From an uncultured Nitrospiraceae bacterium (GTDB lineage Bacteria > Nitrospirota > Thermodesulfovibrionia > Thermodesulfovibrionales > Dissulfurispiraceae): DNA of 64,000 bases. The stretch is from assembly GCA_963727805.1 (NCBI GenBank), contig CAVSHF010000003.1, positions 1,920,001 through 1,984,000 of the forward strand, read 5' to 3'. Below the pieces are notes generated by a model, which was not told where the DNA came from, made no database searches, and saw only the letters and a list, made by a program, of their open reading frames with translations. Below are positions 29,661 to 40,379 of this stretch, in pieces. Both the position numbers and the translations under genes were made by a program. Every line of letters starts with the position of its first letter. The first letter of the stretch is position 1.

Positions 29661-31232
29661 ATGTCGGAAAGTAGCCTGAATACTTTTGATATAAAGCGTT
29701 ATTGGGGACTCATCTTGCAGCGGAGATATCTGGCCCTATCAGTAGCCTTGACGGTTTTGTCCCTGTGCACGCTGGCCAGTTTTATTTTGCCCAAAGTCTA
29801 TGAAGCGACTTCTACGATTTTTATTCAAAGAAGCACGCTCATCAATCCTCTCATCAAGGGAATTGGGGTTACGAGCAATTCGGAGGAGGGACTCAGGACA
29901 CTTAGGGACAGCATAACCAGCAGAAACATAATCAGCCGAGTGATTGAAAAGCTCAATCTGGACGCAGGTGACGTAAAATCGCAAAAGCACGAAGGGCTTG
30001 TCAGCGCCATAAAGAATAATATTTCGATTACTGTTAAAGGTGGGGGGGGCAGTCAAGGAGCTGATCTCTTCATAATATCGTACCGCGGGTCCGATCCGAA
30101 GAAAGTCAGGGACATCGTTAACACACTTGTGGAAGAGTATATCGCCGAAGCTCTTGGCTACAGAAGGTCCGATGCCTCCGGGGCCTTTGAATTTGTCCAA
30201 AACCAACTTGCTGAGTATAAGACCAAGCTTGAGGAATCAGATAAGGATATCCGGGCATTCAGAGAGAGGAATCCGGACATAGTGCCGCAGACCGAAGGTG
30301 CGGTTCTTACGCGGATGGAGGCCTTTCAGACCCAGAAGATCGATGCGGATATCAAGGTCCAGGAGTTAATGCGCAGGAGGGACAACCTGAAAAAGCAATT
30401 AACTGGAGAGAAGGAACTCACTGTTGCTTTTGTGACCCGTGAGGGATCGCCCGAAGCTCGCCTATCCTATCTGAACAGTCAGCTAGTCCTTCTGACAACC
30501 AAATATACGGACCAGCATCCCGAGATACGTAAAACAAAAGCAGAGATAGAAGAGCTAAAGAAACAGATATCACATGCTAAATCAGCCCCTGCCGATACCG
30601 GGAGTTCTGAAACATCAACCCTCAACCCTATATACCAGCAATTAAAAGAGGACCTTGCGAGAACCGATGCGGAAATTGATTCACTTAAGGCCCGTTCCTC
30701 TGAACTGTTGCACCAACAGCAACAGGCCAAAAGTGTCTTGGGTGGCATGCCGAAGGAACAGGAAGAATGGACTAAGCTTCAAAGGGACAGAACTGTCTAT
30801 CAACATATCTACGACGATTTGCTGAATAAGGTCGAGACTGCTCGTGTCTCCAAAGATCTGGAGTTCACTGACAAGGCCACTACATTCAAAGTCGTCGACC
30901 CCGCAGTGCTGCCCGTTTTTCCTGTCCAGCCCGATAGGATCAAGTTCATACTAGTTGGAATATTTCTGGGTATCGCTGCCGGTGTAGGGACCGTCCTCAG
31001 CATAGATTATCTAAATCATTCCTTTAAGGACGAGGATTCCATCGAAAAGAGTCTCAACTTACCCGTACTCGTGGCAATACCCTCGGTGGTTATTGAAGGG
31101 GATACCATGGCGGTGAGGCAGCTCGATAAAAAGGTGATGATTGCCGCATCCGTATATTTAGGCATTATCCTTTTGCTGCTAGTGAAAGAAGTGTTGTACA
31201 AATATGTTGGCGTCACAATTATCGGTCTTTAG
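29661..31232 (+). CDS. Polysaccharide chain-length determinant (GumC/Wzc N-part, XrtA-system type)
   Basis: Two TMs flanking coiled coil, YTDQHPEI, FKVVDPAVLP. Confidence 0.9.
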   Translation: MSESSLNTFDIKRYWGLILQRRYLALSVALTVLSLCTLASFILPKVYEATSTIFIQRSTLINPLIKGIGVTSNSEEGLRTLRDSITSRNIISRVIEKLNLDAGDVKSQKHEGLVSAIKNNISITVKGGGGSQGADLFIISYRGSDPKKVRDIVNTLVEEYIAEALGYRRSDASGAFEFVQNQLAEYKTKLEESDKDIRAFRERNPDIVPQTEGAVLTRMEAFQTQKIDADIKVQELMRRRDNLKKQLTGEKELTVAFVTREGSPEARLSYLNSQLVLLTTKYTDQHPEIRKTKAEIEELKKQISHAKSAPADTGSSETSTLNPIYQQLKEDLARTDAEIDSLKARSSELLHQQQQAKSVLGGMPKEQEEWTKLQRDRTVYQHIYDDLLNKVETARVSKDLEFTDKATTFKVVDPAVLPVFPVQPDRIKFILVGIFLGIAAGVGTVLSIDYLNHSFKDEDSIEKSLNLPVLVAIPSVVIEGDTMAVRQLDKKVMIAASVYLGIILLLLVKEVLYKYVGVTIIGL

Positions 31233-31243
31233 GGAGGCAAGAA

Positions 31244-32122
31244 TTGAGCAGAATCGAAAAGGCTCTGGAAAAAGCAATCCAGATGAGGCAATCAACCAAG
31301 ACTTCTTATCCTGAACGGGAAAATAATGTTGAATTAAAAGGACCATCCTCACTGCCGGAATTTCAAATCAGGGAAATCATGATTGATCCATCCACGGTAG
31401 ATCGGCATGTGGTATGTATTACAGACCCGCATTCTGCCGCCTCCGAACAGTACCGTAAGCTAAGGGCGCGCATACTCGCAGCCACAAAGCAGGATTTTCA
31501 CAATACCATTATGGTGACTAGTGCCGATGTTGGAGAAGGAAAGTCAATAACCTCGATAAATTTTGCCGTTGCCCTAGCACAGGAAATGGATCACACTGTT
31601 CTGCTGGTCGATGCCGATTTAAGGAAACCTTCGATCCATAGATATCTCGGTATAAAAGCGGATCGCGGCTTAAGCGACTATCTATCTGGGAAGGTGGACC
31701 TGTCAGACGTTCTTATACATACAGGGATCGGCAAACTGGTGCTTCTGCCGGCGGGCACGCCATCCCGGAACCCGGCTGAGCTCCTCTCTTCCAATCGTAT
31801 GAAGGACCTTGTGCAGGAGATGAAACACCGTTATAGCGACCGGTATATTATCTTTGATACATCGCCCGTGCTTGTATCAGCCGATGCGATCTCGATGAGC
31901 AGTCATGTCGACGGAGTTCTTTTTGTCATTTATGCGGCAAAGACTCCAGAGCATACAGTTAAAAAGGCGATCGGGCTGCTTCAAAGCGCCACCATTCTGG
32001 GCGTTGTTTACAATAACGTGCCGGACTATCTGGGTAAAAATCTTAATCCGTATAACTATTATCGGTACCGTCAGGATCCCGATAACCCGACAAAAACAAA
32101 CCACAAGGACGATAAACACTAA
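31244..32122 (+). CDS. BY-kinase tyrosine autokinase (CpsD/CapB, XrtA-associated)
   Basis: MSRIEKALEKA, EQYRKLR, GEGKS, LVDADLRKPS, C-terminal Tyr cluster PYNYYRY. Confidence 0.92.
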   Translation: MSRIEKALEKAIQMRQSTKTSYPERENNVELKGPSSLPEFQIREIMIDPSTVDRHVVCITDPHSAASEQYRKLRARILAATKQDFHNTIMVTSADVGEGKSITSINFAVALAQEMDHTVLLVDADLRKPSIHRYLGIKADRGLSDYLSGKVDLSDVLIHTGIGKLVLLPAGTPSRNPAELLSSNRMKDLVQEMKHRYSDRYIIFDTSPVLVSADAISMSSHVDGVLFVIYAAKTPEHTVKKAIGLLQSATILGVVYNNVPDYLGKNLNPYNYYRYRQDPDNPTKTNHKDDKH

Positions 32123-32125
32123 CCA

Positions 32126-33295
32126 ATGTACACATCCTTTTTTGGTCTAACCTGCAATCCCTTTCACCTTACGCCCGATCCCGAGTTTCTTTTTCTCAGC
32201 AGGGATCATAAGAAGGCGCTGACTTTCCTAAATTATGGCATATCTTCAAACACGGGATTCATCCTTGTTACTGGAGAAGTGGGGACCGGTAAGACCACTC
32301 TCATCAGAAAGATCTTACAAGGATTACAAAAAGATATTAAAGTGGCCCGCGTTAATAATACACTAGTGAACTCTGAGCAGCTCATATCTATGATCAATGA
32401 CGATTTCGGGATCGAGACAAACGGCAAGGACAAGACCAGAATGCTCAGAGACCTCTCCGATTTTATTATCAACCAATATGCGCAGGGATTGAGAACAGCC
32501 CTCATTATCGATGAGGCCCAAAATCTCTCCTCAGAACTGCTTGAAGAAATCAGGCTCCTTTCAAATCTCGAAACCGACAAATCAAAGTTACTCCAGATTA
32601 TTTTGCTGGGACAGCCGGAATTGAAAAAAACCCTCGCCGTACCTGAACTAAGACAACTCAGGCAGCGAATCAGTATCAGCTGCCATATCAGTCCCCTCAA
32701 CAGGACAGAATCGGAGGAGTATGTTTTACATCGCCTCGAAATTGCCGGCAATAGGAAGGCAGTCAGTTTCCTTGACGGCGCCTTCGATGCCCTTCATTCT
32801 GCTACGCGGGGCATTCCGCGACTCATCAACATTTTTTGTGATTTCCTGCTTTTAGCTGCCTTTACCGAGGGAACGAAGGACATATCCGTGGACATGGTAA
32901 CAGAAATAGCGGCAGATCTCGATTCCGAAAAAAACTACTGGAGCGACACCCGGATGGAAGTAGAAAAAGACAGCGGAGTGAATGTCCTGCAGCCCGTTCT
33001 CAGGAGGCTCGACAATATCGAATCAGCCATGCGCAGGCATAATGGTTCAAACGTTAATGTCGAGGAAATTGCCACGAAAGTGGCCAATTTGGAGGACATA
33101 GTTGCGACTATTGAAAAATCCAGGTCCGAGCCTCGGGGACCAGTTTCTCCCGGCGACAACAGTTTAGTACAGAACATTCTGAGTGAGATCGGAGACCTTA
33201 AAAGGAAACTTGTCGAGATTGAACATAAGCAGCTGTTGACCCTTGAGCCTCAAATCCCCAAAAGGAAGTATTTCTGGTCGAAAATATTCAATTAA
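32126..33295 (+). CDS. ExeA-like AAA ATPase, PEP-CTERM locus type
   Basis: MYTSFFGL..PF.LTPDP, GEVGTGKTT, IIDEAQNL, LLGQPEL, GIPRLINIFCD. Confidence 0.92.
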   Translation: MYTSFFGLTCNPFHLTPDPEFLFLSRDHKKALTFLNYGISSNTGFILVTGEVGTGKTTLIRKILQGLQKDIKVARVNNTLVNSEQLISMINDDFGIETNGKDKTRMLRDLSDFIINQYAQGLRTALIIDEAQNLSSELLEEIRLLSNLETDKSKLLQIILLGQPELKKTLAVPELRQLRQRISISCHISPLNRTESEEYVLHRLEIAGNRKAVSFLDGAFDALHSATRGIPRLINIFCDFLLLAAFTEGTKDISVDMVTEIAADLDSEKNYWSDTRMEVEKDSGVNVLQPVLRRLDNIESAMRRHNGSNVNVEEIATKVANLEDIVATIEKSRSEPRGPVSPGDNSLVQNILSEIGDLKRKLVEIEHKQLLTLEPQIPKRKYFWSKIFN

Positions 33296-33310
33296 GCCCA
33301 CTGATAGTCC

Positions 33311-33547
33311 ATGTGCGGGATAGCAGGAATAGTTAACATAGGACGTAATGCTGAAGTCGCCAGTTTGCTGCTCGACAAGTTGATAGCGGCTGTACAAGAT
33401 TGCGAACCTGACGGTTTCGGCCTTGATAAAGACAACAACATCTGCTTTATACCATGTCAGCCACCGAGGTCATCATACGTCTCTTATGGAAATCACAGGA
33501 CAGAATACCGGAAATTTCTTAGCGGACAGTTTGCATTTGCAATTTAG
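33311..33547 (+). pseudogene. Degraded N-terminal fragment of an asparagine synthase-like amidotransferase
   Basis: MCGIAGI start, eroded PDGFG, then GQFAFAI-TAG where the family has GxFAFAIW; rest absent. Confidence 0.7.
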
Positions 33548-33594
33548 GAAAAAAAATGACAACAATATACCGGATCAGCCCTCTCTTTTAACTC

Positions 33595-34443
33595 ATGTTT
33601 AACGCCCTTACTATAGATGTGGAAGACTATTATATGGTATCCGCCTTTGCAGACCGGATATCCTTTGATGACTGGAGCGGCTACGAAAGCCGTGTCGAGA
33701 GGAATACACATAGAATTCTCGGCCTCTTGAATGAGCACGACGCCAAAGGCACTTTTTTCGTTCTTGGCTGGATAGCGGAACGATTTCCTGCACTGATCAG
33801 AGAGATTCATTCCCAGGGTCATGAGATTGCCAGTCACGGTTATAATCATCGGCTCGTGTACGGTCTCTCGCCTCAAGAATTCAGAGAAGATCTGAGACTA
33901 TCGAGAGATATTCTTCAAGACATTACTGGGGTGCCTGTGCTGGGGTATCGGGCTGCAAGCTATTCGATCGTCAAGCGGAGTATCTGGGCTCTCGACATCC
34001 TGATAGAAGAGGGCTTCGTCTATGACTCGAGCATATTTCCGGTCTATCACGACCGCTACGGTATGCCTGGAGCGAAGCGCCACCCGCATGTTGTCACAAG
34101 GCCGGTTGGTTCAATCATCGAATTCCCCCCCGCTACTCTGAAGGTCGGAAAGTCAGTCTTCCCGGTAGCTGGCGGAGGGTATCTGAGATTGCTCCCTATG
34201 TCTTTAACACGGCATGCTATGCGTCGGCTAAATGAACACGAAAAACAGATAGCGGTCGTTTATCTGCATCCTTGGGAGATAGATCCTAATCAGCCGCGCA
34301 TTGAAGGTAAGTTACTGTCTCGACTCAGGCATTATGTCAATCTTGATTCCACCTTTATGAAACTCGACACGTTGCTTACTGATTTTAAATTCGAGTCGCT
34401 GAGAACTCTAATGAAGCGCCACAGCCCTCAATTTATATTTTAG
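33595..34443 (+). CDS. Polysaccharide deacetylase, PEP-CTERM/XrtA locus type (DUF3473)
   Basis: NALTIDVEDY, TFFVLGWIAER, HEIASHG, GGGYLRL, YLHPWEID. Confidence 0.92.
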   Translation: MFNALTIDVEDYYMVSAFADRISFDDWSGYESRVERNTHRILGLLNEHDAKGTFFVLGWIAERFPALIREIHSQGHEIASHGYNHRLVYGLSPQEFREDLRLSRDILQDITGVPVLGYRAASYSIVKRSIWALDILIEEGFVYDSSIFPVYHDRYGMPGAKRHPHVVTRPVGSIIEFPPATLKVGKSVFPVAGGGYLRLLPMSLTRHAMRRLNEHEKQIAVVYLHPWEIDPNQPRIEGKLLSRLRHYVNLDSTFMKLDTLLTDFKFESLRTLMKRHSPQFIF

Positions 34444-34538
34444 ACAATGAGATGCTCTGTAGCAATGATACCCAGTTGTTTAGTTGAATAATATTGCTGA
34501 AGAGCAACCAATTGATGAAAAAAAGGAGGATTAGCCCG

Positions 34539-35576
34539 ATGATAAATAAGATTAATACACAGCTTTCACATGCGCCAAAAAAATGGCTTATTACCGGAGT
34601 GGCAGGATTTATCGGCTCGAATCTTCTAGAACAGCTACTCAGACTCGGTCAAACCGTCGTCGGTCTCGACAATTTTTCTACCGGTAAGATGCAGAATCTT
34701 CTTGATGTAAAAGAGCTGGTTGAGTCAGACGCGTGGGACAGTTTTTCACTTCTAGAAGGTGACATACGGAACGTCGATACTTGTAAGAATGCTTGCATTG
34801 GCGTCGATTATATTCTTCATCAAGCCGCATTGGGAAGCGTCCCACGATCGATAGAGGATCCTCAAACGACTCATCAATCAAACATCGATGGTTTCCTCAA
34901 TATGATTATTGCCGCCCGTGATGCACACGTTGATCGCTTTGTTTATGCAGCTTCTTCATCCACATATGGGGACAATCCGGTTCTGCCTAAAAGAGAGAAC
35001 TCAATCGGCAAGCCGCTTTCACCTTATGCCGTGACAAAATATGTGAATGAGCTTTATGCCGATGTCTTTGCCCGACTATATAATATGAAGTGTATTGGCT
35101 TGCGATACTTCAATGTATTCGGACGCCGGCAAGATCCCATGGGCGCCTACGCTGCTGTTATCCCGAAGTGGATCGTCCAACTGCTCGACCGCGAGATTCC
35201 GCTCATCAACGGTGATGGGGAGACGAGCCGGGATTTCTGCTACATTGATAACGTAATCCAGGCAAACATACTTTCAGCAACAACAGAACGGGAAGAGGCA
35301 CTTAATCAGGTCTATAATATTGCAGTCGGGGAAAGGACTACTCTGAACGAACTCTTTTTCATGATCAGGAGATTAATGTCAGCTTACGATGATGGGGTGA
35401 AAGAGATAATGCCTCAATACGGTCTCGAAAGAAGTGGTGACGTCAGACATTCCCTGGCCGATATCAAAAAAGCTACGGAACTCCTTGGATACGATCCCGT
35501 TTACTCGGTACAAGAAGGAATGCAGAAAACTGTAGAGTGGTTTTATAAAATGAGATATTCCTGTACAAATACATAA
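34539..35576 (+). CDS. UDP-GlcNAc(A) 4-epimerase, WbpP/TviC type
   Basis: [51 protein letters not shown] before ATG 34539. Confidence 0.9.
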   Translation: MINKINTQLSHAPKKWLITGVAGFIGSNLLEQLLRLGQTVVGLDNFSTGKMQNLLDVKELVESDAWDSFSLLEGDIRNVDTCKNACIGVDYILHQAALGSVPRSIEDPQTTHQSNIDGFLNMIIAARDAHVDRFVYAASSSTYGDNPVLPKRENSIGKPLSPYAVTKYVNELYADVFARLYNMKCIGLRYFNVFGRRQDPMGAYAAVIPKWIVQLLDREIPLINGDGETSRDFCYIDNVIQANILSATTEREEALNQVYNIAVGERTTLNELFFMIRRLMSAYDDGVKEIMPQYGLERSGDVRHSLADIKKATELLGYDPVYSVQEGMQKTVEWFYKMRYSCTNT

Positions 35577-35630
35577 AGCCCGTTGCACGCCTCCACTTAG
35601 TTTGAGCCCGGGGTGGATTAGCAGATAAAG

Positions 35631-36785
35631 ATGGCCCGTCCCTCGATGGAAATACTTTTCTTTTTATCACTACTGGCAGTCCTATATGTTTATGCGGGAT
35701 ATCCAATGATGATCTACTGTCTTTCTCTGCTGAGGAGAAAGACAGTGTTATGTGGAAACTATGAGCCATCTGTTACAATCTTGATCGCAGCCTACAATGA
35801 AGAACGTTGGATTGATGAGACGATTCGCAACAAATTGGCACTCGACTATCCGCTTCAAAAACTGGAAATCATCGTAGTTTCTGATGGGTCAACGGATGAA
35901 ACTGACATGATTGTAAAGCGTTACCTGAACCAGCACGTCAGGTTGATCAGACAGGAACCTCGTGCAGGGAAGACAGCCGCACTCAATAGTGCAGTGAAAG
36001 AGGCAAAAAGTGAGATATTGGTCTTTGCTGATGCGAATTCGCTTTATGAACGGGATGCCTTGCGTAAGCTGATGCGGAACTTTGCAGATGCCTCTGTGGG
36101 GTATGTGACAGGGAAAATGGTATATACATATTCAGATGGAACTCTTGTGGGTGACGGGTGCTCAGCCTATATGAAGTACGAAAACCTACTTCGCTTCTAT
36201 GAGACGAGGATTCATTCAGTGGTAGGGGTTGACGGAGGTGTCGACGCAATACTTAGAAAGCTGTACCGTACTATGAGGCCTGATCAACTCCCGGACTTTG
36301 TACTGCCGCTCCGTATAGTGGAACAGGGATACAGGGTAGTGTACGAGCCAGAGGCAGTTCTTAGGGAAGCTACTTTAAAAGCAGGAGCAGATGAGTACCG
36401 AATGCGTGTCAGAGTATCATTGAGAGCCCTCTGGGCGCTTTGGGATATGAGGCACTTATTGAACGTGAGAAAATATGGCATATTTTCCTGGCAATTGCTG
36501 TCGCATAAGGTGCTACGGTATCTGGCAATTCTATTTCTGATCGGGCTATTCATATCAAACATCTGGCTGTGCAGCGACAGCGCAGGCTATACCGCAGTCA
36601 TGGTTGTTCAGACGATATTTTACTCTATGGCTCTTTTGGCTGCACTTACTCAGGAACTGACATGTAAGATAAAATTATTGTATGTTCCATACTATTTTAC
36701 CTTGATCAATTTGGCTGCCGGACATGCTTTGGTGAAATTTTTGCTCGGAGAAAAACAGGTTATATGGACGCCCAGAAAGGGATAA
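35631..36785 (+). CDS. Glycosyltransferase family 2 with TM helices
   Basis: IAAYNEE, VSDGSTD, FADAN, C-terminal TMs. Confidence 0.9.
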   Translation: MARPSMEILFFLSLLAVLYVYAGYPMMIYCLSLLRRKTVLCGNYEPSVTILIAAYNEERWIDETIRNKLALDYPLQKLEIIVVSDGSTDETDMIVKRYLNQHVRLIRQEPRAGKTAALNSAVKEAKSEILVFADANSLYERDALRKLMRNFADASVGYVTGKMVYTYSDGTLVGDGCSAYMKYENLLRFYETRIHSVVGVDGGVDAILRKLYRTMRPDQLPDFVLPLRIVEQGYRVVYEPEAVLREATLKAGADEYRMRVRVSLRALWALWDMRHLLNVRKYGIFSWQLLSHKVLRYLAILFLIGLFISNIWLCSDSAGYTAVMVVQTIFYSMALLAALTQELTCKIKLLYVPYYFTLINLAAGHALVKFLLGEKQVIWTPRKG

Positions 36786-36795
36786 GAATTCTCCC

Positions 36796-37986
36796 ATGAC
36801 AAGAATTCTGCACGTCATTGATAGCGGCGGGATGTACGGCGCGGAGGTCATGCTCCTGAACCTTGTTGCCGAGCAGCTACGACAGGGCATGGAGCCGGTT
36901 ATCGCAAGTATCGGTGACCCCCGTTGTGGAGAAAAACCATTGGAGACGGAGGCCCGACGTCGCGGCCTGAGGGTTGAGACCTTTCGCATGCGTCCCGGTC
37001 CCAATATTGTAGGAGTTTGCAAGGTTCTGCGATTCGCCCGGCGCATTGGGTCAGATATCCTCCACTCTCACGGCTACAAGGGGAATATACTCTTCGGAAT
37101 GATGCCGAAAAAGCTCCGCCGGATTCCCATAGTCGCCACGCTTCACGGCTGGACCTGGACCGGTGGATGGGACAGGATGCGGATCTACGAATGGCTAGAC
37201 CGCCTGAGCCTTCGTTTCATCGACCGAGTGGTGGTCGTCAACCGGGCGATGAGTGAAATGGTGAAGTTCAAAGGGTTTCATGTGGTGAACAACGGCATCC
37301 CCATTGACGCGGGTGACCTTTCGGAAATACCTGAAGAAGAGCAGTGTCAGGAACACCTGGGAATCGAGGCCTTTTGCCGGGGAGGCTTCACCATCGGCGC
37401 CATCGGACGCCTCTCCCCGGAAAAGGGCTTTCAAATTCTCCTTGACGCGGTAAAAGAAGTGGCGGAGATAAACCCGAAGGTCCGGCTGGTGATCCTTGGT
37501 GATGGTGATGAACGGGGCGTCCTGGAGGCGCGGATAAAGAGCCTGGGGATTGAACAGCGAGTGCTGATGCCGGGTTATGTGGCGAACGCAGCAGGACGTT
37601 TCTTACCCCTCTTCCGGGCATTCGTACTCTCCTCTCTGACCGAGGGGCTTCCTATCGTCATCCTTGAGGCGATGCAAGCTGGGGTGCCGATCGTAGCCAC
37701 CAGGGTCGGCGGGGTTCCCGATGTACTGGAGAATGGAAAGGCTGGTATTCTGGTAGACGCTCGTTCCTCAAAGAAGCTGGCAGAAGGGATACGGATTCTA
37801 ATGTCCGATACTACATCTGCAAAGCGAATGACTGATATTGCAATGGACTTGGTTAAAACGAAATATTCAGCCGCAGTAATGGGTCAAAAGTATAGAGAAA
37901 TATATGAGGATTTGGTGAGAATTCATAGAGCCGGGAAGGGAAATAACGGAGTCAAAATTGGAAATAAAAGTTTTATTAGTAGGTGA
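36796..37986 (+). CDS. Glycosyltransferase family 4
   Basis: IGRLSPEKG, SLTEGLPIVILEAM, ATRVGG. Confidence 0.92.
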   Translation: MTRILHVIDSGGMYGAEVMLLNLVAEQLRQGMEPVIASIGDPRCGEKPLETEARRRGLRVETFRMRPGPNIVGVCKVLRFARRIGSDILHSHGYKGNILFGMMPKKLRRIPIVATLHGWTWTGGWDRMRIYEWLDRLSLRFIDRVVVVNRAMSEMVKFKGFHVVNNGIPIDAGDLSEIPEEEQCQEHLGIEAFCRGGFTIGAIGRLSPEKGFQILLDAVKEVAEINPKVRLVILGDGDERGVLEARIKSLGIEQRVLMPGYVANAAGRFLPLFRAFVLSSLTEGLPIVILEAMQAGVPIVATRVGGVPDVLENGKAGILVDARSSKKLAEGIRILMSDTTSAKRMTDIAMDLVKTKYSAAVMGQKYREIYEDLVRIHRAGKGNNGVKIGNKSFISR

Positions 37987-39277
37987 TAACAGTACAAACC
38001 CGAATTGGGGTGGAAGAGGCGCCAGTTTGGCTCTGCTCCAGATGCTAGATGAAAGGTTTCAGATATCAGGTACCGTCCCCGGCAGCGCTTTTCAGCTTGC
38101 AAGCGCCGGTTTTGGCTATGTCAAAACCTTTTTCCCGAAGAAATACAACTGGCTTTTCCTCAATTTAGTAGTTAACCGACACAGGAGAAAGCTATATGAC
38201 TGGTACGTGAGATTCGAGGAGCTCTGCGGGGCAAAGGATTTCATTGCCCACGACCCTGCCGAAACTGCAGAAAATATCCTCCGCTACAAAAGCAGGTATT
38301 GGGAAATCCGGGAGCTATTCGACAAGGTCGATAATGCAGATCTTATCCTGATTCATGGAGAAGGTGACATTGTTTTCACCACGCCACCGAAAAGGGAGGC
38401 TCTATTCCTGCTAGGCATGGCGGAATTGGGGCTGCGTTTAGACAAAAAGGTGGTCTTTGCGAACGGGTTGCTTTCTGATTGCCAAGCCACTGGGCGTAAT
38501 GTTAAGACACTGGAATTTGCACGAACGACACTGACACGATGCAATGCCGTTATAGTCAGGGATTACGAGTCTTTTGAGTATGTTAAGACTGAGATGCCTG
38601 AGGCGTCAAGCGCCTTGGTTCCCGATTCGCTATTCACATGGTATCCTATAATTGAAAAATTCGGGGATAGTATTCCCGCAAATGGTGACTTTATCCTCCC
38701 CTTTCCAGAAAAAAGGAGTAATTTGGGAAAACTTGATTTCTCCAAGCCATATATGTGTATAGGTGGAAGCGCCGTGGCAGCCAAGGACAAGAACAAGTCA
38801 GCAGAGTATTTCAAAAGATTAGTCGCAGTGATCCGGGAACTTGGCTATTCGGTCTACCTCACCGAAAACTGCGGTGGTGATTCGTTCTTGGAGGAGGTTG
38901 CGGCAACTGAAGGGGTGGGACTCGTTCCTGTCTATACATCAGTGTTCATGGCAGGTGCAATACTTGCAAATGCCAGACTGTTCATCTCCGGCAGGTACCA
39001 CCCTGCGATCCTCGCATCCTTGGGTGGCACACCTTGTATTTTTCTTGGTTCGAGCGGACACAAGATGCACAGCCTGCAAAAGATCCTCGAATACGAATAT
39101 ATCCGGGAATTTCCAGTTTTCCCACGCACCGAAGACATTCACGAAATCAAGGAACTGGCTAAGACATACATTGACCGAGGTGAACCTATGCGGGAAAGGA
39201 TTAAGGCGGTAGCAAAGAAGCGGTACGAAGAGGCTATCAGACTGCCTGATATGATTCTTGGCCAGCCCTTAAACTAG
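37958..39277 (+). CDS. Polysaccharide pyruvyl transferase family protein
   Basis: NWGGR, HGEGD, VRDYES, VPDS, SGRYHPAILA; TTG start with GGAG. Confidence 0.75.
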   Translation: MEIKVLLVGDNSTNPNWGGRGASLALLQMLDERFQISGTVPGSAFQLASAGFGYVKTFFPKKYNWLFLNLVVNRHRRKLYDWYVRFEELCGAKDFIAHDPAETAENILRYKSRYWEIRELFDKVDNADLILIHGEGDIVFTTPPKREALFLLGMAELGLRLDKKVVFANGLLSDCQATGRNVKTLEFARTTLTRCNAVIVRDYESFEYVKTEMPEASSALVPDSLFTWYPIIEKFGDSIPANGDFILPFPEKRSNLGKLDFSKPYMCIGGSAVAAKDKNKSAEYFKRLVAVIRELGYSVYLTENCGGDSFLEEVAATEGVGLVPVYTSVFMAGAILANARLFISGRYHPAILASLGGTPCIFLGSSGHKMHSLQKILEYEYIREFPVFPRTEDIHEIKELAKTYIDRGEPMRERIKAVAKKRYEEAIRLPDMILGQPLN

Positions 39278-39349
39278 TGTCGAGATGATTCTACCGCGAC
39301 ATCAGGGCTAAGTAAATACCCCTAATATATACAGAGAATACGGACAACA

Positions 39350-40360
39350 ATGAACCTAAAAAACAGAAAAATTCTTGTTACCGGGGCCGATGGGTTTATC
39401 GGCTCCCACCTAATCGAAGAGCTAGTCCGCCGTGGTTACGATACCCGCGCGTTCGTTATGTACAATTCGTTCAATACCTGGGGGTGGCTCGACCATGCCG
39501 AACCTGAAGTGCGCAAGTCTCTCGACGTATTTGCCGGTGACATCCGCGATCCCCACGGTGTAAAACAAGCCATGAAGGGGTGCGACGCGGTTCTTCACTT
39601 GGCAGCGCTTATAGCCATTCCCTATTCGTACCATTCACCTGACACCTACGTAGACACAAACATCAAGGGCACCCTTAACGTTGTCCAGGCCGCCAGGGAA
39701 CTTGGAGTGGAAAAAGTGGTTCACACGTCCACTAGCGAGGTATACGGAACCGCACGTTTTGTCCCTATTACCGAGGAGCACCCCTTGCAGGGGCAGTCAC
39801 CTTATTCAGCATCAAAGATCGGCGCCGATCAGATTGCCATGTCCTTTTATTCCTCTTTCGATACCCCAGTCGCGATAATTCGCCCTTTCAATACGTACGG
39901 ACCAAGGCAGTCGGCACGAGCTTTTATTCCCACGGTTATAACCCAGATTGCAGCCCGAGCCCATACTCTCAAACTGGGAGCCCTTCATCCGACTCGCGAC
40001 CTCAACTATGTGGCAGACACCGTTGCCGGATTCATTGCGGTGACGGAGAGCGATAACTCTATCGGTGAAGTGATAAACATAGGCAGCAACTATGAAATAT
40101 CCATGGGAGAGACCGCTTCCATTATAGCCGATATTATGGGTGTCGATATTGAGATCATAACCGATCCGGAACGTCTAAGGCCCGGCAAGAGCGAGGTTGA
40201 ACGGCTCTGGGCCGACACTTCAAAGGCCCAAAGACTCCTGAACCACATGCCGAATTATGCCGGACGGGACGGATTGCGGAGAGGCCTGACAGACACCGTT
40301 GAATGGTTCCTGAGCAATGAGAATCTCAAGGCGTACAAGTCTCATATCTATAACATATGA
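39350..40360 (+). CDS. legB: NDP-GlcNAc 4,6-dehydratase (LegB/LgaA type)
   Basis: VTGADGFIGSHL, YNSFN.WGWLD, LAALIAIPYSY, QGQSPYSASK, SEVERL. Confidence 0.88.
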   Translation: MNLKNRKILVTGADGFIGSHLIEELVRRGYDTRAFVMYNSFNTWGWLDHAEPEVRKSLDVFAGDIRDPHGVKQAMKGCDAVLHLAALIAIPYSYHSPDTYVDTNIKGTLNVVQAARELGVEKVVHTSTSEVYGTARFVPITEEHPLQGQSPYSASKIGADQIAMSFYSSFDTPVAIIRPFNTYGPRQSARAFIPTVITQIAARAHTLKLGALHPTRDLNYVADTVAGFIAVTESDNSIGEVINIGSNYEISMGETASIIADIMGVDIEIITDPERLRPGKSEVERLWADTSKAQRLLNHMPNYAGRDGLRRGLTDTVEWFLSNENLKAYKSHIYNI

Positions 40361-40379
40361 AAACCGCCAAGGTGATCCG

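Noticed and set aside
39205..39212. ops-like GGCGGTAG upstream of legB
   Set aside because: Inside a coding sequence, lacks the downstream TG and JUMPStart context; likely chance
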